A stretch of 64,000 nt of DNA. It comes from Candidatus Moraniibacteriota bacterium (GTDB taxonomy: Bacteria; Patescibacteriota; Minisyncoccia; Moranbacterales; UBA1568). Positions 37,148 through 45,335 of the stretch are shown here, one piece after another (the first letter of the stretch is position 1; every line of letters begins with the position of its first letter). The stretch spans positions 23,527 through 87,526 of the forward strand of contig JBPOHW010000004.1 in NCBI GenBank assembly GCA_052035095.1, read 5' to 3'. A program made the position numbers and the translations under genes. Below the pieces are notes generated by a model. The model saw nothing but the letters and a program-made list of their open reading frames with translations. It had not been told where the DNA came from and did not search any database.

Positions 37148-37468
37148 ATGTCGAAACAAGAAGATGTGCGTGTGCGGGTTAAGATAGATGGCGATATCAG
37201 AGAGGCTCTTGAAAATATTTGCGGAGAGGAGTTCACGCGAGTATTTGAAAAGACCGCTTCGGATGCGGCCGCAGTGTTCGTCCGCGGGTTAATTGCGTCT
37301 CTTTTGGAAAGCGCTCTTGCTCACAGGAGGGAGGGTTCGGACTCGGACATAGTTCAAGGTATGATTGATAGATATCGTTTAGTTGCGCTTGCGATGACAA
37401 CTTCATCGGAGTCTGTCACTCCTCATGGGGCAGTATCGGGACGCGAGTATGATCGTCGACTTTCTTGA
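37148..37468 (+). CDS. Small acidic hypothetical protein (106 aa)
   Basis: Strong SD AGAGGAGGTGAAG before the ATG. No recognisable family. Confidence 0.5.
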   Translation: MSKQEDVRVRVKIDGDIREALENICGEEFTRVFEKTASDAAAVFVRGLIASLLESALAHRREGSDSDIVQGMIDRYRLVALAMTTSSESVTPHGAVSGREYDRRLS

Positions 37469-37547
37469 AATTCGAACTTTCAATGGGATCAAAGAGATAA
37501 AAAGAAACTGACATTTCCCTCCACAGAAAATTGCGGAGGGAATTTTA

Positions 37548-37883
37548 TTGTCAGAATGTCGTTATCTTTTAGAAAGGAATATGCCTTCCAAACAATTTCA
37601 AAAGCGCGTTGAGGATTTTGTGTGTGGGCACTGCGGAGCGACGGTTTCCGGGAATGGCTATACCAATCACTGCTCGAAGTGTCTCTGGAGTCTCCACGTG
37701 GATATTTTCCCGGGCGATCGCGCCGCGCGGTGCGGGGGATTGATGGAACCGGTCGGGGCGTTTCTCGATCATGGGGAATGGCGCCTCACACACCGGTGCG
37801 TCACCTGTGGACACGCGAAAAAAAATCGCCTCTCAAATGAGGACGATATGGAGATGCTTTCGAAACTATTCGAAGGGAAATAA
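37548..37883 (+). CDS. RNHCP-domain zinc-ribbon protein (111 aa)
   Basis: Cys clusters CGHCG...NHCSKC...RCGG...CVTCGH; the YTNHCSKC motif matches the R-N-H-C-P family signature. The TTG start has a GGAGGG SD 8 nt upstream. A terminator-like hairpin (ccctcaaagaaaag/cttttctttgaggg) follows. Confidence 0.5.
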   Translation: MSECRYLLERNMPSKQFQKRVEDFVCGHCGATVSGNGYTNHCSKCLWSLHVDIFPGDRAARCGGLMEPVGAFLDHGEWRLTHRCVTCGHAKKNRLSNEDDMEMLSKLFEGK

Positions 37884-38611
37884 AAAGCCCTCAAAGAAAA
37901 GTATGGCTTGGGGAAGCTTTTCTTTGAGGGAGGAGGTCACGGTGCTGCGGCCTCTTGCTTGGTGGCTTCACGAGCTCTTCAGTGATTGCCGGTTTGGCGA
38001 TGTGAAGTTTATGCTCATGAAGCCAGTGTGAATAACAACGTCTCGGAGACTTTCCAAGAGAAGGGGGATTTTTTTAATCCATTTTCCCCATCCTTCTTTG
38101 GAGAGTTTTTCTATGAAAATAACCTGTATCTCCGAGACGTATCCCTTTTGGGTTTCCGAAGTTTCGAAAACCCGGAATTGGTCGGGCGGTTATGAGCCAC
38201 GCTTCGCGCTTTTGGCTGCGTGGTATTGCGAATCCATAACCGCCCTTAATACTGCGCGAGGAATATGTCGTTGGGGTTGGGAACCCCGTTCCTCGTTTAT
38301 CGATCGAGTTTCTGTTACCAGAGTTTTTATTTTGAGTCGCTACCCTGGCGAGCGACTGATCCGGCCAAATTATGTCGTGCCGTTGTAACGCTTCATAAAG
38401 GGGATCCTTTGCGTCGTTTGACGACGAAGTAGATCGTGTTTTTCGAACTCGACAAACAAGTTATGCTATATCGAGGTATCGAAATTCCTTGTGCCGTCGG
38501 CTTTCCTAAATCGTTCGCATGTTGTCATGCAAACTTTTCTGTTTTCGCTCGCCGCTACTTACAGGATTCAGACTTTCTTTCGGCATTGTTAAGGAACCTC
38601 TTAAACATTTT

Positions 38612-39880
38612 CTACACTTCTTTTGTTTCCGTGTCAAGCGGGAGGGGATTTCGCCACTGCCAGGGGTGATTTGGCACTTTGAAAAATTCGGCGTTGTCGG
38701 GTGCGCTTTTTTCGAGTTTGTAGCGGAGAGACTGAACCGTTTTCCCTCGGGGGTCGCGGAGTTCGAGGTATTGGCGAGTGTTACCGAGAGTGAAGGCAGC
38801 GTATTTCGCGGTGAGTTTTTTTGAGGCGCCGGGTTTGATGACGAAGTCTTTGGTGATGGTGTGATTGACGAATTTCTTGGTCGTGCGTTTGGATTTGGTC
38901 GCGATTTTCCAGCCTTTCAAATTCACTTCTTTTTTGGAGCGATTTTCGATAACGAGGTATTCGTTTTTCGTGTCTTTTCCTTCGGGATTGGGGACGAGGG
39001 AAGTGACGCGGACTTTTGGCGCTTCATATTTTTTAATCTCGACGCGAAAGGTTTTGGTAATATCGGCGATGCCGTCGGTCGCGGTTAGGGTCACCGTGTA
39101 GCGTCCCTTCTTCGTGAAGGTGTGCGAAGTTTCTTTTATGTAGCTTCTGTGCCCATCGCCGAAATTCCAAGTAACCTTGGTTGGGTCGCGATCAAGGTCG
39201 GTGACTTTGGTCGAGAAGGAGAGGGGGATGCCGACGAAGCCTTGTTTTGGAATCTTGGTTTTCGTCGACGGGTCATTGCCGAAACGATTGATCTCGCCGG
39301 GTGTGAGGAATTTGGTGTTGCGCCACCGCGTGCCGTCTCGGGCGAGAGTGATGTTTTCGCGCGCGGTTTTCCAAGAAACGGAGTCTCTTGCGGCGTCGCA
39401 TGAATCTTCGAGCGTGACGGTTTCCGCGGTATTGTTCATCGCAAAAGTAAATTCGGTACGAAAGATGACCAGGAACGCGCCGGCGGAGATGGTTGTCCGC
39501 GTCGGAAACGAAAATTTTCCGGTTTTGGAGGCGTCACGAAGCGTCCATCCGGAGATATCGATGTCGTTTTCGCTTGTATTTTCGAGCTCGATGAACTCGC
39601 CTCGCGACTCATCTCCCGTTGGATTCGCCAGTACTTCGGAGAGGAGGATACGATGAATGGTGTTTCCGCACCGCTCTTGGTTATCTTGATTCTCTGCCCG
39701 GGATATTGCCGGGGACGCAAGTGCGATCGTTCCGAGGAGAAGGAATGCGGTCGCTCGTATTTGAATGTGTCGTACCAATTGTATGGAGAATTTCGGTTGG
39801 TGAGGCTGAGACATAGGAGAGTTCGGTGAAATGCGGATGATTCGGGACTTCGGCATTTTTACTGTGCGGGATAGTAGCAC
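38612..39880 (-). CDS. Secreted LTD–PKD–LTD protein (two lamin-tail domains flanking a PKD domain)
   Basis: Signal peptide (RATAFLLLGTIALASPAISRA). LTD motif ILLSEVLANPTGDESRGEFIELENTSENDIDISGWTL. PKD VTWNFGDGHRSYIKETSHTFTKKGRYTVTLTATDG. Second LTD VTSLVPNPEGKDTKNEYLVIENRS...LKGWKI. The start is uncertain (GTG 39880, or ATG 39856 / 39814). Confidence 0.65.
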   Translation of the reverse strand: MLLSRTVKMPKSRIIRISPNSPMSQPHQPKFSIQLVRHIQIRATAFLLLGTIALASPAISRAENQDNQERCGNTIHRILLSEVLANPTGDESRGEFIELENTSENDIDISGWTLRDASKTGKFSFPTRTTISAGAFLVIFRTEFTFAMNNTAETVTLEDSCDAARDSVSWKTARENITLARDGTRWRNTKFLTPGEINRFGNDPSTKTKIPKQGFVGIPLSFSTKVTDLDRDPTKVTWNFGDGHRSYIKETSHTFTKKGRYTVTLTATDGIADITKTFRVEIKKYEAPKVRVTSLVPNPEGKDTKNEYLVIENRSKKEVNLKGWKIATKSKRTTKKFVNHTITKDFVIKPGASKKLTAKYAAFTLGNTRQYLELRDPRGKTVQSLRYKLEKSAPDNAEFFKVPNHPWQWRNPLPLDTETKEV

Positions 39881-39949
39881 TCATTTCGGGTTTGTCAATA
39901 AGCGTGCTATACTGCGAGTTGCATCGATGTAACGCGAAATATTTTTTGT

Positions 39950-40285
39950 ATGACTGAAACGCAAAAGGAATCAAAGAAAGAAGCGAGGTCGTCGTGGCTG
40001 TCGATTGTGCTCGATCTCGCGTTTCGGCACGCGCGGGAGATTGTAGGGGGCGCGCTCGCGATCGCGGGGACGATCGAGAACGACGTGCGCGCGTTTGTAG
40101 TCAAGTTTGTGCGGGATATGGTCTTGGGCATCGTGCTTCTCTTTATCGGGCTCGGGTTTATCGTGTTTGGTGTCGGCGTGATGCTGGTTGAGGTGCTTCA
40201 CTTGGGACCGTCCGCGGGACCGGTGGTGGTGGGCGTGTTTTTTGTCGCGATGGGTGCCATTGTTTTTTTGTTTTCTCGACGATAA
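39950..40285 (+). CDS. Small membrane protein, putative holin-X-like (Phage_holin_3_6 / DUF1469-like)
   Basis: 111 aa with an amphipathic N-terminus and two TM helices (VLGIVLLFIGLGFIVFGVGVMLV; VVVGVFFVAMGAIVFLF). Adjacent to a DUF883 gene, as is typical for this family. Confidence 0.4.
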   Translation: MTETQKESKKEARSSWLSIVLDLAFRHAREIVGGALAIAGTIENDVRAFVVKFVRDMVLGIVLLFIGLGFIVFGVGVMLVEVLHLGPSAGPVVVGVFFVAMGAIVFLFSRR

Positions 40286-40295
40286 TTTTTTTGCA

Positions 40296-40464
40296 TCCGA
40301 ACTTTCGTATTTGTCACGTTCAGGAAATAGCTTCGGAGCTTGGTAGGTGAGTTTTTTCGTTACTGATGGAAATAACCTCCCAAAGAAACTTTCGCTTCAA
40401 GTATATTTGAGTTTGCTCGCTCCTCCGTGTATTTCCTTCTCTTAGACAAATACGAAAGTTCGGA
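40296..40464. ncRNA. Candidate structured RNA / non-autonomous element, copy B (conserved core closed by a 20-bp perfect stem)
   Basis: Arms tccgaactttcgtatttgtc / gacaaatacgaaagttcgga. Core shares acgttcaRgaaatRgcttcggRgcttggtag...tgatggaaataacctcccaaagaaRctttcg with copy A. Confidence 0.4.
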
Positions 40465-40497
40465 CTGTTCTAATTTTTAATTTTTTAAAAAAATCAT

Positions 40498-40734
40498 ATG
40501 AATGATTTTATGGATCGGGCGAAAAAGGAAGTGGATGAGGTGACTCGGCGGGCGAATGAGGCGAAGGAAGCCATCATCGAGAAGGCGGGAGACGTGAAGG
40601 ACGCGACGATGAAAAAGGTGGAAGAAGGCCGGGAATATGTGCAGAAGAATCCCGAGAAATCCGCCGGCATCGCGCTCGGTGTGGGCGCGCTTATCGGTGC
40701 TATTGTCGGGTTTTTCACAGGGAGAAGGAAGTGA
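40498..40734 (+). CDS. DUF883 (ElaB/YqjD-like) C-tail-anchored membrane protein
   Basis: 78 aa with a charged helical N-terminus and a C-terminal TM ending KSAGIALGVGALIGAIVGFFTGRRK, characteristic of YqjD/ElaB. Confidence 0.6.
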   Translation: MNDFMDRAKKEVDEVTRRANEAKEAIIEKAGDVKDATMKKVEEGREYVQKNPEKSAGIALGVGALIGAIVGFFTGRRK

Positions 40735-40848
40735 GGAGAGAATGAAGAATGGAGAATGGGGGATGGGTTTGTGAGGCGCGATGGGTCTTTTTCTTGATGT
40801 TTTCTAAAACCTTCTCTTCGGGGAAGGTTTTTGCTATGGTGGGAGTAT

Positions 40849-41763
40849 ATGGCGACTCTTTTCAAGAATCCGTGGGCGTGGCTTCTCGTATTGTTTTTGG
40901 TCATTGTGGCGGGGATGGGGCTGTGGCTGTTTGGAGGGAGATTTGAATCGGCGGAGCAGACAATATTCAATGAACAGGGAGCAATGAATAATGAACAGGG
41001 AGCAATGAACGATGGGCAGAAAGAGAGGAAGGAAGAAAAACAAGAGAAGCTTTCGGAGGAAATTTCGGAGGAGATTGTGAGGCAATTGGAAGAGGGAAAC
41101 GGGGTGCCGGGAGAGGATGGGGGGCAAAATGATCAATTACCAATTACCAATGATCAATCGGGAACGAAGAATGAGCGGGAAGTAGAGAGCAATGAACAGG
41201 GAATAGAGAACAATGAACAGGGAACGGTGGACAGGGAGAAGAATAATGAGGAAGGAGGGTTGGAAATTGAAAATCGAACATTGAAAATTCAGGATGTCAT
41301 TGTAAACCGATTGGTGTCGTGGGGGTTTGCGGAGATGAGTGGGAGAAAGATTGATACTATTGTGATCCACTCGACCTACAATGCGCTTGGGGGCGATCCG
41401 TTTTCGGTGGAGAAAATTATCGGTATCTACAAAAGCTATGGCGTGTCGCCACATTATTTGATAGCACGGGACGGGATGGTGTATCGATTGGTCGAGGAAA
41501 AGAGTGTCGCGTATCATGCTGGGGACTCCGTGATGTTGGATGGGCGAAAGAATGTGAACGATTTTTCAATCGGGATTGAAATTATCGGGAAAGATGATGG
41601 GAGTCCGAGCGACGAACAGTATGTGTCGCTCGAAAAGTTGATTGCTGATATTAAAAGTCGAAACGATATCAATCATGTTGTGGGTCACAGCGATATCGCG
41701 CCGGGACGGAAAACCGATCCGTGGGGATTTAAGTGGAAGGAAATTGGGGGGAAAGAGTTGTAA
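40849..41763 (+). CDS. Membrane-anchored N-acetylmuramoyl-L-alanine amidase (Amidase_2/PGRP fold, AmpD-like)
   Basis: N-terminal TM, a low-complexity NEQG-repeat linker, and a catalytic domain with zinc-ligand motifs (IDTIVIHSTY...; AYHAG; VGHSDIAPGRKTDP). The track start at 40831 is TTG; ATG is at 40849. Confidence 0.7.
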   Translation: MATLFKNPWAWLLVLFLVIVAGMGLWLFGGRFESAEQTIFNEQGAMNNEQGAMNDGQKERKEEKQEKLSEEISEEIVRQLEEGNGVPGEDGGQNDQLPITNDQSGTKNEREVESNEQGIENNEQGTVDREKNNEEGGLEIENRTLKIQDVIVNRLVSWGFAEMSGRKIDTIVIHSTYNALGGDPFSVEKIIGIYKSYGVSPHYLIARDGMVYRLVEEKSVAYHAGDSVMLDGRKNVNDFSIGIEIIGKDDGSPSDEQYVSLEKLIADIKSRNDINHVVGHSDIAPGRKTDPWGFKWKEIGGKEL

Positions 41764-41794
41764 GGGCGAATGATGATTCGCCCGTACCCGTTTT

Positions 41795-42103
41795 ATGGAT
41801 ACACAACAAAAATTTACTCTTCTTTTTCATGTCGAAGAAACAGCGACGGACGTTGTTTTGTCGCGTGGCGGAGAAGAAGTTGAGCGCGTGCGCATCGAGT
41901 CGAATCGGGAATTGCTGGAGAGAATTTTGCCGGCGATCGACGGGCTTCTTTTGAGGTGGAAGATTGCGCCGAGAGATGTTTCAGACATTCGTGTCGAATC
42001 GGAACTTCCGGACGGCTACTCGTCGCGGCGCATCGCCGAGACGGTCGCGAAGGCGTGGAAACTGGGACGCAATGAACAAGGAAAAATGAAGAATGTGGAA
42101 TGA
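41795..42103 (+). CDS. Hypothetical protein (102 aa)
   Basis: ATG ORF directly downstream of the amidase. No family recognised. The C-terminus is encoded by GAATGAA-type heptamer repeats. Confidence 0.3.
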   Translation: MDTQQKFTLLFHVEETATDVVLSRGGEEVERVRIESNRELLERILPAIDGLLLRWKIAPRDVSDIRVESELPDGYSSRRIAETVAKAWKLGRNEQGKMKNVE

Positions 42104-42196
42104 AGAATTGAGAATGTAGGGGAGTGGTATTGACAAGAAAAAGTTTTTCGGTTATTATTTTTTTAGTTTTCTTAACATAGGTCGGAGGAATTTCCA

Positions 42197-42502
42197 ATGA
42201 GCGATGCTTTCGTTGCGAATGACTTTGGAGAAATATCCTGGGTAGATACTCAGAACACTCCAGAGGTGCCTGTCGATGAAGTTCGTCTGTTCGAGGTTCT
42301 TTTTTCATGGAAGGGTGAAGATCATTGGCGGGAGATTCGCGCGCCGGACTTCAAACGGGCGATGGAAGAAGTGAAAAAGACAGTTGAGTTTCCGAAAGGA
42401 CTTGATTTTTATTCGTTGCACCGTGTTTCCGAGGATGGAGCATCTTATGATATGGGTGTTTCCATTCTGGTTGAGAGAAAAGAAGCTGATTATGATTCCT
42501 AG
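42197..42502 (+). CDS. Hypothetical protein (101 aa)
   Basis: A GGAGG Shine-Dalgarno lies 8 nt before the ATG. No family recognised. Confidence 0.4.
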   Translation: MSDAFVANDFGEISWVDTQNTPEVPVDEVRLFEVLFSWKGEDHWREIRAPDFKRAMEEVKKTVEFPKGLDFYSLHRVSEDGASYDMGVSILVERKEADYDS

Positions 42503-42877
42503 TAACGGCGACTTGCCGTGATGAAGGAGATGATGGCGATGCCTCATAAGGTGAATGTTCAACAGCGTCGAAGATATTTTCGTGGCGTAGAGAATAAGAG
42601 AAAGAAGGGTGAGCGGAAGCTTGCGGAAAAATACACCACGCTTCCGGAAGTTTGTATTTCTCCTACCCATGCCCAAGAAAGATGGGAGCGCCAACAAGAG
42701 AACAAGGAAGAATAATTTTCGAAACGGATTTTTCCAAAACGCCTAGCAGAGATGTCGGGCGTTTTTATTTTGGAATATTCCGGAAGGCCGTTTGCGGATG
42801 GCTGAATGCCGGTTTCCTTTTGACACTTCGCGGGCGAAACGATAGGATGAGAGCAGATAAAAAATGTGAAAAATCCT

Positions 42878-44386
42878 ATGGACAAGGCGAAAATCACCAT
42901 GGACAAGATTGTGTCTCTCGCGAAGCGGCGGGGGTTTGTGTTTCCCGGGAGCGATATCTACGGGGGGCTTGCCAATTCGTGGGACTACGGTCCCTATGGG
43001 GCACAACTCAAGAAGAACATCAAGGACCACTGGTGGAAGACCTTTGTGGAGAGTCGCGATGATATGGTCGGGCTCGACGCGGCCATCATTATGAACCCGA
43101 AAGTGTGGGAAGCGAGCGGGCATATTTCGGGCTTCAATGACTTCCTCGTCGAGTGCAAAGAATGTCACGAGCGCATTCGTCCCGACCAGCACCTCGACGC
43201 GATCAATCAAAACGCGTTTATGCTCTCGTTTTCGGAGATGACCTTCAAAAGAATGGAAGTTGACAAAATGAAGCGCGAGGCGACGCCCGAATCGCCCGCC
43301 AATGAAGGAATGGTCCAAAAGTACGAGCATGATATCGAGAAGCTGGCGACTAAGGTTTTCGGGGCGCTTCGAACGATTCCGTGCCCTCATTGCGGCAAGA
43401 ACGAATGGTCGCATCCGACCCTCTTCAACCTTATGTTCAAGACGTTTATCGGGCCCGCCGAGGAGAGCGCCAATATCGCCTACCTTCGTCCCGAGACGGC
43501 GCAGGCGATGTTTGTTGATTTTCCGCTTGTCGCCGGTGTCGCGCGGAAACGCCTCCCCTTTGGTATCGCGCAGATCGGGAAGGCGTTCCGGAATGAAATT
43601 ACGCCGGGCAATTTCATTTTTCGCACGCGCGAATTCGAACAAATGGAAATAGAGTATTTCTTCGATTCCAAGAAAAAAGAATGGAACGAAGTTTTCGATT
43701 ACTGGCAGGGCGAAATGGAGTCGTGGATGCGGTCGGTCGGGATGGATATGGAGCGGGTGCATAAAACGGAAATTCCCGAAGCGGAACGCGCGCACTATTC
43801 GAGTCGAACGGTGGACTTTGAGTTTGACTACCCCTTTGGTCAAAAAGAATTGTTCGGACTCGCGTGTCGGACGGATTATGACCTCGGGCGTCACGCGAAG
43901 TTTTCGGGACGCGATATGTCATGGCAGGATCCGGAGACGAAGGAGAACGTCACGCCGTTTGTTGTTGAGCCGACCTTTGGTGTTGACCGCGGACTCCTGG
44001 CGATTTTGTTGTCGGCATATGATGAAGAGGTTGTTTCAAATGAACCGGGGAAAGAAGAGACTCGCACGGTGCTTCATCTCGCGAAGGCGATCGCGCCGGT
44101 CAAGGTGGCGGTCTTTCCGCTTATGAAGAATAGGCCGGAGCTTGTCGCCAAAGCGCGCGAGGTGTTTGATATCTTAAAGAAAGATGTCGTGTGCGAATTT
44201 GATGATAACGGCAATGTGGGGAAACGCTATCGCCGGCAAGACGAAATCGGGACGCCGTACTGCGTGACGATCGACTTTCAAACGCTTGACGATGGCACGG
44301 TGACGGTGCGCGACCGCGACACAATGAAACAAGATCGCGTCTCACTTGCCGATTTGGGAGACTACTTGTGGGAACATTTGAAGTAG
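42878..44386 (+). CDS. glyQS: Glycine--tRNA ligase (dimeric alpha2 type)
   Basis: N-terminus MDKAKITMDKIVSLAKRRGFVFPGSDIYGGLANSWDYGPYG and class II motifs, with an anticodon-binding C-terminal domain. The track start at 42866 is GTG; ATG is at 42878. Confidence 0.9.
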   Translation: MDKAKITMDKIVSLAKRRGFVFPGSDIYGGLANSWDYGPYGAQLKKNIKDHWWKTFVESRDDMVGLDAAIIMNPKVWEASGHISGFNDFLVECKECHERIRPDQHLDAINQNAFMLSFSEMTFKRMEVDKMKREATPESPANEGMVQKYEHDIEKLATKVFGALRTIPCPHCGKNEWSHPTLFNLMFKTFIGPAEESANIAYLRPETAQAMFVDFPLVAGVARKRLPFGIAQIGKAFRNEITPGNFIFRTREFEQMEIEYFFDSKKKEWNEVFDYWQGEMESWMRSVGMDMERVHKTEIPEAERAHYSSRTVDFEFDYPFGQKELFGLACRTDYDLGRHAKFSGRDMSWQDPETKENVTPFVVEPTFGVDRGLLAILLSAYDEEVVSNEPGKEETRTVLHLAKAIAPVKVAVFPLMKNRPELVAKAREVFDILKKDVVCEFDDNGNVGKRYRRQDEIGTPYCVTIDFQTLDDGTVTVRDRDTMKQDRVSLADLGDYLWEHLK

Positions 44387-44478
44387 TTTTTTCAGTAGGG
44401 CTATTTCTTGTTGTTTACAAAATATATACGAGAGAGTAAACTTGTATTGTTGGATTGATTATCCTGATATAGCGCCGT

Positions 44479-45309
44479 ATGGAAACAACGCAAGTCGCGA
44501 TCTTCAAGGAAAAGAAAGTTCGGAAAGTTCTCCATGGTGGCGAGTGGTGGTTTTCGGTGGTTGATGTTTGCGGGGTTTTGACGGACAGTATTGATGCCGG
44601 CTCGTACTGGCGGAAACTTAAGCAAAGACTTGAGGAAGAGGGGAGTGAAGTCGTGACATTTTGTCACAGGTTGAAGTTACTGGCACCGGACGATAAGATG
44701 CGTGAAACTGACTGCGCTGACCCGGAAGGGATTTTCCGTATTATCCAGTCCATTCCGTCGCCGAAAGCTGAGCCGTTCAAGCGGTGGCTTGCCAAAGTTG
44801 GCTATGAACGGGTGCAAGAAATAGAAAATCCGGAACTCGCGACCAAGCGAACTCGCATGCTCTACAAGTTGAAAGGCTATTCGGAAGATTGGATCGAGAA
44901 ACGCATGCGTGGCATCGCGATTCGCGAGGAGCTCACGGATGAATGGAAGAAGCGCGGCGCGCAGGAGCGGAGAGATTATGAAATTTTGACCGCGGAAATT
45001 TCCAAAGCGACGTTTGGCGTGACGCCGGGGCAGTACAAGAAATTGAAAGGTCTGAAACGCGAAAATTTACGCGATCACATGGATGATTTCGAATTGATTT
45101 TTTCCATGCTGGGAGAGCGATCGACGACGGAAATTCATCGAACGGAAAATTCTCGCGGTTTACCGAAATTGAAAGACGATGCTAGAGCCGGTGGCGCGAT
45201 CGCTGGCGGCGCGCGGAAACAACTCGAAAAGCGCCTCGGTCGCTCGGTAGTGTCGGAAAAGAATTTCAAACAGCTTCATAGAAGCCGAACAGAAAAGCTT
45301 CATTCCTGA
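44479..45309 (+). CDS. Bro-N domain protein (DinD / phage antirepressor-like)
   Basis: N-terminal Bro-N motif (VRKVLHGGEWWFSVVDVCGVLTD). The C-terminal region is similar to DNA-damage-inducible protein D-like proteins. Confidence 0.6.
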   Translation: METTQVAIFKEKKVRKVLHGGEWWFSVVDVCGVLTDSIDAGSYWRKLKQRLEEEGSEVVTFCHRLKLLAPDDKMRETDCADPEGIFRIIQSIPSPKAEPFKRWLAKVGYERVQEIENPELATKRTRMLYKLKGYSEDWIEKRMRGIAIREELTDEWKKRGAQERRDYEILTAEISKATFGVTPGQYKKLKGLKRENLRDHMDDFELIFSMLGERSTTEIHRTENSRGLPKLKDDARAGGAIAGGARKQLEKRLGRSVVSEKNFKQLHRSRTEKLHS

Positions 45310-45335
45310 TTCTTCATTCTTAATTCTGGTTTGTT

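Noticed and set aside
37884-38611. Possible tRNA or ncRNA in the 730-bp gap after the RNHCP gene (several small ORFs 37771..38669 in the track)
   Set aside because: No GGTTCGAAT-type T-loop or cloverleaf could be identified by eye. The small ORFs lack an SD or any homology. Left unannotated apart from the terminator-like hairpin at ~37886..37935.
42518-42715. 65-aa basic ORF (MMKEMMAMPHKVNVQQRRRY…)
   Set aside because: No convincing SD and a highly basic, repetitive composition. Could be real, but support is insufficient.
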